Assembly (NCBI RefSeq): GCF_963676685.1
Contig: NC_092350.1
Location: 44,764,001-44,828,000, forward strand
Source: Mytilus edulis
Lineage: Eukaryota
Length of the DNA stretch: 64,000 bases
Direction: 5' to 3'
Both the position numbers and the translations under genes were made by a program. Below are positions 53,231-64,000 of the stretch, one piece after another. The notes under the pieces are model-generated. The model did not search any database. It had not been told where the DNA came from and worked only from the letters and a program-made list of their open reading frames with translations. Position 1 is the first letter of the stretch. Every line of letters starts with the position of its first letter.

Positions 53231-54641
53231 GCACTGCTGGATTATTGCTACATGGAAATGGATCATTGTTCATGATTGGAAATATTACTGGTGTTAAAAC
53301 TGTTGCCGATCTTGTATGATTCAAAAAGTGTATATCCTTATCGCTTTCTTCCATCTGTAAATTTTGAATTGACAATTTGTGTTAGTGAAACAATCTGGTT
53401 TCTTATATTTTACAAATATCCAGAATATGGTATCAGGTTAAGTTGTGCGATGTAGACAATGCATTTCAAAAGTTAAAAGCAGCATCTAATATTTGTAGCA
53501 ATTTGTACACGTCGGAATCTATGAAAAGCGTTTTGACATGTTTTTTTCTACTTATTCTAGTCTGGTATATATTGGTGATTTGTCCTATTGAATTCAAAAT
53601 GGAGAAGGTTTAACAGCTAAAATGTCAAAGAAAGTAAACCAAGAATCACTCAGAGCAGTGCATGCATTCCTGGTAATAAAAAATATAGGAAAACAGAAAA
53701 AAGAAGAGATACACCACATCAGTAAAATTCTTAAAATACCACTCACAAATGCATAACTGATAACTAAATTGAAAATTAATCTGGTCAGTTGTGCTTTACA
53801 AATATGTTACTTATATACTTTTCACACGTTACCATATCATCAACTCTGTAATTAGTGGTTGAAACGGGTTTCTTATATTGAAGTTGATAAATTCAAAAAA
53901 TATTCAGAAACAAAGATTCTAAACATATGTCAAAATTCGGGGTACTTTGCTAATTTGCCTAGCGGCAATTTTGCTTTATCATGACGGCAGCCATTACAAT
54001 AGGATTATATATGCTGCTTTAATAAAAATGCCAATATGCCGATTCCTTTATCGAATCAACAATTTGTCTGCATATAGGTGATTTGTACATGTATTTCGGT
54101 TTCTGTCCGTGTACAAAGGATCATTGTCTACTTTGAAATCTTTCGGCCTTTGTAATTTGAAAATTGGAAGCGAAACCAGCTGGTAAAAGTAGTATAACTG
54201 CTATATAAAAAGATGAAAATTCGTAAAAAAAGCAAGATTCAAACAGAAATTAAGATGCAGTAAGATGTTGTTCATGATTTGTCCGCATATAAGGACACAT
54301 CTTGTAGGTTGTATTCTAAAGTTAAATAATTATTAAGTTTCCTGGTTTCTTAAGTTTTCGGCCCAATTCTTTCAAAAACATTCTGATTTCAACCTTAACA
54401 TTTCGAAAGTCAAATTTTAAGCATTTCCTCTATGAATTACACAATTTTTTTTGTAAATTTCCGCCAAAGGAAGTTTTTTCAAAGACACATTAGTTTTAGA
54501 TCAATGACGGAAAAGGACTGGATTATCCGCAAGTTGGATCTTATTTATATTTACAATCTTAAACTAAGGGAAGTAATTTAATCAAAAAGGCCAAAGTCAC
54601 GTGTTGCAAATCATTTTGCCATATGATCCCTTAGTCAAACA

Positions 54642-55078
54642 AGAGGGACGAAAGATCGGGGATTGTAGTTACGACGTAAAGAACATATCCGATATCTTTT
54701 GTGAAACGGTTATTCCATAACGGTCAACCAACTCGTGATGGCGTCCGTAAAATATACGAAGAGATGATTTCAACTTAACCACTTGGAACTTTTGGTTTAA
54801 TAGCTTCCTTGTGAGGAGCAACCCTCTATCAAGAAAATCATGTTGGGAGCTGAAATCATCTCTTTTGTCGTAAAGTTTGGTTTTCAACCGACCCTCATTG
54901 TCAATTTCTAGATATAAGTCAAGATATAAGGCCGACTTAACTGTATCTGTTGTATCCTTTATCTCTAGTTCGATAGGATACATGCGTTCAACATAATCAC
55001 CAAATTTGAATTATTTAGTGAAAGAACATCATCTATATAGCGGAAAGTAGAGTTAAAGGATATTGCTAACTTCTTATC
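54642..55078 (-). mobile_element. Penelope-like RT fragment, frameshifted and internally deleted
   Basis: FRYIDDVLSLNN, YPIELEIKDT, YLDL, LYDKRDDF. Confidence 0.85.
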
Positions 55079-55785
55079 AAAGATTCCCGTTGGTGGATTT
55101 TTGCATTTATGGGTAGTCCAATGATGGTCATGAAGCTCACATCCTTGGCTATCATTATGTTTTGGTTTAGTTGGGTGTTTCTCAAAAAGTGTAAATCTTA
55201 ATACCCATTTCTCAAGTGGCATTGTATGTAATTTACAATGTCAAAGAATTTAGGACTTTAAAGAGTTTAAATCAACAATGTGTTGGATTACTCGTTCAAA
55301 ATCTTTGGCACCTAAAGCAATCCAATTTAATAAATCAAATTATAAATACTATTGCATACATTCGTTATTGATATTGGCGTTTCATGTGTACATATACAAT
55401 AAATTAAACAGTTTCTATTAAATAGTATGCACCAATATGTTTTACTTATGAACCTGTTGAGTAACATCGGTGTCTTCTTTTTGTAAGTTTAGAAACTAAA
55501 TACGTAGCATTTACATACAATGAGTCTGTCTCTTGACGAATTAAACGTCTGCATATTTACATTTTCCCGCGTTTCAACGAATAACGGGAAACATTTGTAT
55601 TAACGATGCGTATGAATTTTCTAATTTAGTCACGTGAAAATTTTCATGTGCGCGGGGAAATATTTTGAAAGCCTTCACTTTCTACCCAACAGTCGTAGTG
55701 TCAAGTTTAAATTTACATATTTCAGATATGTAACATTTTTAGTATCATTCATGTTTCTGCTCATGGTGAGTGGTGTTTTGGATTC

Positions 55786-55832
55786 GAGCGTTCCTGATGA
55801 GTCTTTTGTAGACGAAACGCGCGTCTGGCGTA
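55786..55832 (+). ncRNA. Minimal type I hammerhead ribozyme, intact core
   Basis: GCGTTC-CTGATGA-GTCT TTTGT AGAC-GAAAC-GCGC-GTC-TGGCGT. Confidence 0.7.
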
Positions 55833-58038
55833 TATACTTAATTTAGTCCTGGTATCTATGATGAGTTTATTGTTACGAATAATCATAATTCATTATTTTT
55901 TATTTTTTTTATTATTATTATACTGTCCTAGTATACCTCTGGAGACGGTCTTCCGACCATAGGGTTTGGAAGCAGGTTTGCAGGTTTCCAACTTTTTTCG
56001 ACTACATATTTGGGATTTAATGTAGTTTGACCCGAGTTAACTCGTTTTAGTTGGTTGTTCCCGTCCGGCGGGATCGTCGATGAAAGAGCCTTTGTTATTA
56101 TTTGATATTTAACTAAATATACAACATATATGTCATATATCAGCATTCAGTAATCATCTATAATTGTATTGATTTATTTATGTATTTATGCTTATGAATT
56201 GTATTTTCAACTTATTAAAATCCGGTGTCCTTCAAGCTGTCTGGGTTATCAGCAATATGAATATATTGTTTTGTTTTATTATAGCCTATGTATTCAAGGG
56301 GAAAAGGTTAAGGTAATACTGTTTTTTTTCCACAAACATTGTATCGATTTCAAATATTTTGACCTCAATAACACTAAAATGTCATTTTTTGTCGAAATGC
56401 GTATTTGGGAAGTAAACTTGGTATTGTTTATATTATTGTGTGCAAATTGTCGTTATTGAAAATCACCAACAACACTAGAGACTAAGATATTTGACAGTCG
56501 TATATAAAATATATTTAATAAGCAGAAGTATCAACACCCAAAACGATAGAACAGAATAGCAACAACATCATTTTAAGATGCATCTTAGATGAGAGGGCTG
56601 TACTTTTACTTTCAGTAAATTGACAAAGTGTATTAGCTGAGTCGAAATGAAAAGTTTTCATGTAAGTATTGAAACACTTGCTACTGGGGTTTGGTGACTC
56701 AATTACTTAACAATCAAAAACCACATATATTACAAATTGGCTTTAAATAAAATGTTGAAACGAATTTCGATGAGCATAAACATTTTTTTTCAAAGAAAAC
56801 TTACAAGAGACTATCATCTGTCTAATGAATTGGGACACGTAGAATATCTGGGCATTTCGTATTTTTCCACACGAAGTGAATGTGACGCAAGTTTTGTTTT
56901 TAATTCTCAACGCTTTTCCTCTGTATATATGAAATTTTAACAAGCATTTGAAACTAAAACGGAATGTGTCTAGTCCATTTTGTTACGTTTTGATAAGCAA
57001 AACATCCAAGTATTTGATTTATTTTCGTACTAAGTACATATTGATCTTTGATTAAGGTTAGTGTAAACCGTAAATATATTTACCTAAGATCAGAGAAACA
57101 TTTAAATCATACCATTTTTAATTAAGAACTACGAGGTAACTATTGTCTATGGCATATACATTAATATATTTCAAGAGTAAAGATTTAAAAAATGTGTTGG
57201 CAGATTGTAACTATTGACGTTGTGCAGTATCTATTATTCCTGCGTACATAAAGGGTAAATAATTAAAATACCTTGGGGAAAATATAATTCCGAACCGTTG
57301 CAGTTTTGAATCGAAATTTCACTAAATGTGGGGTAAGTAGGAACTAGCTGTAACGTCTTAAATGAAATATGTAAAGCAATAATGAAAAATGACATTAAAA
57401 AGATAATCATGGCACTCTTGCATAGTTAATAATGAAAAATAACACAACTTTAAACCATTCACATTTTATTCATAGTTTCCTTGATTGATAGACATATTGT
57501 AACATAATTTGCTTCTTACCCTTCCAAGGTATCGGAGATCACTCCTGTGTTTGCATTGGGTTCATGTTGCTAAGTATAAAGGTTTTTTATTTGTGTAAAG
57601 AAGATTGTTTTTTGTCTTTTTGTCTTTTGGCCGATTTCTGTTTTTTTTTTGCATGACAATGTAAGTTCGTTTTTCACTTGAATAAAAACTTAAATTGTTA
57701 GTTAATATATTCCTTTATTATCTTTCGCCTCTCCTTAAAACGTTAACTTTCACAAGACATAATCATGTATATTAACATTTGAAAAACGTAATACTGTGTC
57801 CGACTTTTTGATCTCTTGATCTTAAAGATAATGAACGTCTTTTTCATATGAAGTTATGAAAAAATCTCATCTGCATGCAAATTTATTACCATACACGTGT
57901 TTAAAATGTAGCCGATCTTCCATGATTCATAAAACGTATATACTTATCGTATTGTACCCACTGACAATTTTAAATTTTGGTATAAATATACAGTGAATGA
58001 AGCTATATATCTACTTATATTTCACATTTTACCAGAAT

Positions 58039-59752
58039 ATGGCAACAAGTGAAGTTGTACATTTTGGACAGTGCTGTTCAAAAGCTAAAAACAAAACAGC
58101 TGATATCTGGTGTGACAACTGTGGAAAAGGTTTTATGTGCATCATGTTCGAAGAATCACAGGAAATCGAAATTGACACTGAATCACAAGACTGTAGATAT
58201 GGAAACTTATATTAAAATCCCGAAATTTATCCGTTCTACCAGTACAGAATGCTGTAAACATCAACAACTTCTAGTTTCTTACTGTCCAAATCACTTAACT
58301 CCTTGCTGTAAAGGATGTATATCAAATGATCATGCGAAATGCACTGGAATTGTGAGTTTAACCAGTACAGTCGAGAAAACTAATGTAGGAGATATACAGC
58401 AAGCCTTGCAGAAAGATTCTAAATCAATTCTATGTTCCTTTGACAAAATCACAGACAAACTTCTGAACAATGTGAAAAAGAGGGACAATGAATATGAAAT
58501 AATTAAATTGACAGCTAGCACAATTCGGAAAGAAGTAAATGAACAGATAGACCGGTTAGAAACAAAACTTTACAGGGAAGTCGATGCTTTAAAGGACCTT
58601 CAAAATGTAAAAACAACCGACTCCAACAATAGAATAAAGGGAAAGAAGAATGATGTTGTAGAAATAGTAAAACAATTACAACTGATAGAAAGGAATCATC
58701 CACAGATTCAAACTTTCCTCGCAGTACATCAGATAGAACAACAATTACATCAATATGAACTATCCGCACAGGAATTAGCACAACAAGATACATGTTACGA
58801 ATTTGATCTTAGTTTGAAGTATGACAAAATGTTTGAACAGACATTTTCCAATTTTAAATTACTAGAATCATTCGGAGATATATCAATGCGCAAAAAAGAA
58901 ATGTCTACCACTGATATTGCATCATTGGAAACGAAAGATGCACAAGCGCAAACAAGAGAACAAACCTTGATTCATAAAATGACTTTGAAACTAGAATCAA
59001 AATATAGCATAAAAGGCATTAAGACTGTTAGTGACATGATTTGGTTAACAGATGGTCGCTTCGCTGTCATTGAAGAATACGGCAGAATTTCCATGCACTC
59101 GTCGGATGGAAAATTTCAGAAATATTTATCCGTTACCGGTAAGGCTTTTAGTGCAGCGCGCATTGATCAAGACAATATCGTAACTAGCTATCCCGACGAA
59201 AAAAAGATAAAATTCATCAATCTATCAAATGAAGTTATAACAAATATTATTACACTGGACAAACCTTGTAGAGGTTTATCTTTTTTCAATGATACAGTCG
59301 TCGTAGCGTTATCCCATAACGATGCTGAATATAAAGAAATTCGAAAGATTAATTTGAAAGGAAATACTCTGAGTTCAATATACATTCAGAGCGAATCAAC
59401 TATATATTATCTCATTCATTCGAATGATAGAGTATTCTTAAGCGATTATATCGAAGATGCAGTCCGATGTATTGATATATCTGGAAATCAAATATGGGAA
59501 TTTAAATGCGATGAAATGAAAGGACCATGCGGCCTCTGTACAGATAATTATGGTAACATTTTTGTCGTTGCATTTGTTTCTGGCAATATATCAGTTATAT
59601 CTGCAGATGGCAAACAGAGCCATGTTATGTTAACTGACGATGGTGTTGTTTCAGAACCACAATGTATTTGTTTTAACAACAAAGATCGTATTGTGTCAGT
59701 TTGTCATTTTGGAGGTGAATATTTGATGAACTACAAAGTATTGTTTAAATGA
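58039..59752 (+). pseudogene. Second RING-less B-box/coiled-coil/NHL-like (TRIM-like) gene with a +1 frameshift in the T run at 58131-58134
   Basis: Likely true start accag|aatATG (MATSEVVHFGQC...WCDNCGKG) continues in another frame as LCASCSKNH. Removing one T restores WCxxCxxGLCxxC. NHL-type repeat PCGLCTDNYGNIFV. Confidence 0.8.
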
Positions 59753-60105
59753 TATATCATTCAAAATTTAAAAAAAATCTATTTACATGTATTAATAATA
59801 ATTTAAATAAAATACCCTAAACAACCATTTTAAAGTTGATCGATGCGACACTGAAAGCATATATTGACCAACGGGTAGGATTCATAGGATTAACATTTTT
59901 TTTCATTTGCTAACCTTATTGTAATTTTGGTTTCCGGTAAATGATAAAGTCCAAATATTACACTTATAAAATTGAGAACGGAAATGGGGGAATGTATTTT
60001 CGGTATATTTCACATATGTCTTATTTGTCAGTAAAGTCGAGTTATTTCTATTTGCCATGGCTAGAGTATTGTGTTGGTCCAAACGTCGATATAGCATTAA
60101 TTTAA

Positions 60106-61147
60106 GGGCATACGATACAGTTTTGATAAAAATTTCCATATAGACTATTTTTTCCTGATTAAATCAAATATGTAATAACAAATATACCTTCATGTGCTAC
60201 TTTTTGAGTAAAATTTTGTATATTTGCTCAAAATTCGGATTTATGGCCGTATTTTCCCTTTCGAAAGAAAGACATTACTTTTTTGTTTTAAAAGATAAAC
60301 ACAAATTGTTTTTGCTAAATAATTTGTACTTTCTGTATTTTATAAGTATCTTAGAATTTATACATTTTTTATTCAGAAATAACTCATATTTATCAAATGT
60401 TCATGAATGTAGAAAAAAACATCATGTTTTGCTGTATATTTATCAAATTAAAAAAATTGCACTATTTACGTTTTCGTGAAAAATTGGCACACATAATCTT
60501 CTCGCGTATTCTAACCAAATGGCATTTTAAAAAAGAGGGGTCCATGAACTCGTTTTCAAGTTAGATAAGTACACAGTTATTTCGTAGTGCATTTCTTTTA
60601 GACAATAAATGAAAACTAAAAAAATCCCACCTGCACTTTCTCAATAATATTTTTACAGTGTGGTGTACTACTTTTTGGACAAATTATATCAAAATTGTAG
60701 AAAACTTCGTCGACTCTAACTCAAAATATGGACAATTTTTTTTAAGGGGGTCTTGAAATCTTTTGACAGCTTCCGAATTTTTGACCTTTTTCAGCTGGAC
60801 CTAATAACTACTTTACATTAATGTTTATGACCCAAAATGATTTAAAGTGTCATTTCACCCCCCCCCCCCCCACCCCACCCCCCTTCTTGCTATATGAGGC
60901 ATACAACATGGAGAAATATATTTGGAAGGGGAAAGAAAAGAATTTGCAAGTAACACACTGTCCGCACTAAGGACTATATTCGTGGACAACGAAAATCAAA
61001 GGACGATAACTGTGTACTCGGACCAGTTTGAATGATAAAAATCAGTCGAAACTGAATCTTTTCCCGATAAGTCATATTTTGACGTCGCGAAAATAACAAT
61101 TTACGTTAGCAACGTCATTACCTCTCTTGTAACTGTATCGTATGCCC
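60106..61147. mobile_element. Non-autonomous DNA transposon with perfect 17-bp TIRs and TTAA TSD (Kolobok-like)
   Basis: TTAA|GGGCATACGATACAGTT...AACTGTATCGTATGCCC|TTAA; purine-starting termini. Confidence 0.85.
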
Positions 61148-63430
61148 TTAAAATAGACTTTCAAGACCGTATTTGTAGCGTTGACCCATTTATGTGTCGT
61201 GCAGTTTTTGGTGATCTTTGATATCGTCAATGACCGATAGTTGTTGTTATTTTGGGGTTTACATGTTGCAATGTACTATTAAATCATTTATCTATGCGTT
61301 TCTATGTGCCGAGTGTTCTAGCGTTTATTTGTATTCGTTAGTTTTTTGTTGTAGTGTTTCTGTTGTAACGTTTTTTCCCTTTAAAAGTTGATGTGTTTTC
61401 CTCGGTTTTAGTTTGCAACCCGGATTTGGTTTCCATAATCGATTTATAACTTTTGAACACCGGTATAATACTGTTGCCTTCATTTAAAGCTACCTTGACT
61501 TCCATAATTGAAATAATTTGAAGTCTTTCTGTACACAAGGATAATTTGGAGTCTTTCTGTACACAAGGATCATAATGCTTCCAAACACGGAGAATCAATT
61601 AGTCGTGAGTCTCTAGAAAAGAAAAAAAAAGATATAAACATTTTTTTTTGTAATTTCCATTTAAGCAGTGTAGCCATAGAATTTGATCTATTGAGATGGA
61701 ATAAAATTACGGATGTTAATCTCCTCATGGGTAAAAAGTAAAATAACAAAATATTCCCAACTCTAAGGAATATTCAGAACGGAAAATCCTTTAATAAGTA
61801 TCAAAATCAAAAGCACAGACACATTAAACGAATGGAAACAACAGTCATATTCCTGACTTGCTACAGGCAATTCCTAAATATTTGATGCATGGTAGCAGAA
61901 ACGTACCGGAATACGTTTACCAGCATTACATTATATATGTTGTTGTTAAATGTAGTAAACTTAAATTAAAACTGAAGGAGCAATTGAACTTGACCCATAT
62001 AATAAAGTTATAACCTAAATGGTTCTTGTTATTATGATTTAAAGATTTTGTACAACAACTTCATAAACCGGAGTATATGCTTTTAATTTACGTATGTTAT
62101 AATTGAGGATATTATCGATATAATAAAACTAAATATTATAATAATTAATCATAATCATAAAAGCCTCAAACTTCGTTTTGCATACTTTTTCGTATTGTGT
62201 ACAGAAAATTTTAATTTGGTTGCAATAAATCAGTACCTTCCGAGAGTACTCTTACTGTACCATTCGCTATTGAATCAATTGTTTAATTTAAATGAGTTGA
62301 ACAATCAACTGTCACAGTCTCTTCTTTTTATTGGAACATTTCAATTGGGTTTAACTACCTTAGATATGTGCAGTGTCAAAATTATCTCCCCATTACGCCA
62401 GTTTATTTTTACAATCGTAGAAATGGAAGCCCTTGTAGGAATGACGCGCTGCCAATTTAGCTCTTGAAAACCCATAAATTTATCCACATAGCCATATAGC
62501 ACCATTACGATCCTTATATGTTAGATGTACTTTAAAAGACAAATTTTTCAACTAGCTGATGAGCATCAGTCAATGTTCCTGTCTGCATTGAGTCCACTTA
62601 AAACTATTGTCTGGTCGGTTGTCAAGTAGAATTTTCGAAAATTCATAAAAGTTTTAAAAACTTCCAATTGAATATTTCGTGGAAGGGCAGACTAAAACTT
62701 TTCAGTGGTTGAAGACTATAAACCCTAATTTTCACACACAATTTTTTTTTCGAAGATATGCATTTTTAACATCCAACTGACACGGCTGGTAATCTACACA
62801 CGCAGAACATTTGGTTCTGCAATGGAAACCGTGAGAGGATTTTCCGGTTGTGCTTGAGTCGAGTAATTGTCACCGCTTCAAAAGGTTTGTACATTTCTAA
62901 ATCTCAATTTTCTTATTCAACTGATCAAAATGTTGAAAATCAGAGAATGCTATGCTGTGGTGAATACTTTAACGAAGATATACATGTATCATTCACTGTT
63001 GTACGTAGAGTTGAACTCTTACAAAATCAGTTGCCCCACGAGAAATTGCCTAAAAAAGAGACATTTCAATTTTGAAATGGTTCTATTTACAGACCTACAA
63101 GTTCAAATTTAGTTTTTTTTCGGGCAATGGATATGAATGTTGTTTTTGGCGGCGTGTACGCTGTCCGGTGTTGATAGACGTCTTAATAATTCCAAAAACT
63201 ACATTTTTTCATTAAGTCATGCGTGAGGGGATCGGTTCTGATTGAGGACATCGTGAATGCGTGAGGGGAAGTACAAACATTTTTTTTAATCTTTGGCTTT
63301 GTGACTTTTGTTGACTCAATAAATGTGATCAATGCTGATTAAAAGCACAGATTTATCCTTATACTGCAATAGATGTAAACTGATCACTGATTCAATGAAA
63401 TCAAACTATTAATTGTTTGTTCAATTTCAG

Positions 63431-64000
63431 AAAATGCCATTGTTCAAAGGAAAAAGGAAAAGAGGACTGAAATTGACTCTCTACAAAAAGCCATGGAGAT
63501 ACAAGTAATCCCCGCCCTCGAAGCGAACTAAACCATCTGGGAGTAGTCCTGTCGTCAAATATACGTCACAGAGATCACGAAAAGTATATCGCCGATCAAA
63601 ACTTATTAGACGTAATCTGTTCACTCAAAATTACGAAATTTTCGAAACAAAAAAGGCAGATATACAGAATGTATTATTCACGAACATCGATGAAAGCCAA
63701 GATAATCTCGAGAAAGACCATAAGGAAGAGCATGTATTAGACATCAACGAAGATATAGAAGAAGTCATAGAAGAAGACCGCGTAGAAGACCATGAGAAAG
63801 ACCACATGGAAGACCTTGAGGAAGAATATAAAGTTTTTCAAAGTGCTTTAGATAAACTCTCAGACGTAGGGAAAAGGGAAAGATTTTTGATTTTTGTTTT
63901 CATTAGTACAGAGTGGACATTTTTCTTTAAACAACATTGCATTCGACCTGTTTTTTGACATTATTGAGTGGTCTGAAAAGGATGAATCAAGGCGACTGAT
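63431..64000 (+). pseudogene. Disrupted coding-like exon running off the window: acidic E/D/H-rich tract then HFSLNNIAFDLFFDIIEW; product unknown, possibly transposon-derived
   Basis: Acceptor tttcag|aaaATG, early stops, and an apparent frameshift near 63880. Confidence 0.35.

Noticed and set aside
62760-63112. Short Cys-containing ORFs as a possible THAP/zinc-finger gene
   Set aside because: No complete motif or consistent exon structure is recognisable.

Overview
AT-rich, intron-containing animal genomic DNA with a short assembly gap (31115-31269). The repeat families and RING-less B-box/beta-propeller genes suggest a bivalve, probably a Mytilus mussel (inference). The main discovery is a neuropeptide precursor gene on the + strand (coding 17442-24174) that the ORF track largely misses. 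A shared signal/pro exon and a shared GRRKR amidation exon flank three homologous phase-2/phase-2 cassette exons (20863-20976, 22015-22125, 22486-22596). Each cassette carries its own KR site and encodes a different 33-35 aa amidated peptide of the invertebrate parathyroid-hormone-like (iPTH/PXXXamide) type: one canonical, one divergent and one with a Cys pair. A dense GCATG (RBFOX-type) motif cluster surrounds the cassettes. The rest of the window holds two disrupted B-box/coiled-coil/NHL-like (TRIM-like) genes, Penelope-like and RTE retroelement remnants, minimal hammerhead ribozyme repeats, several MITEs and non-autonomous DNA transposons, and a 42-bp tandem array that arose inside a dispersed repeat.
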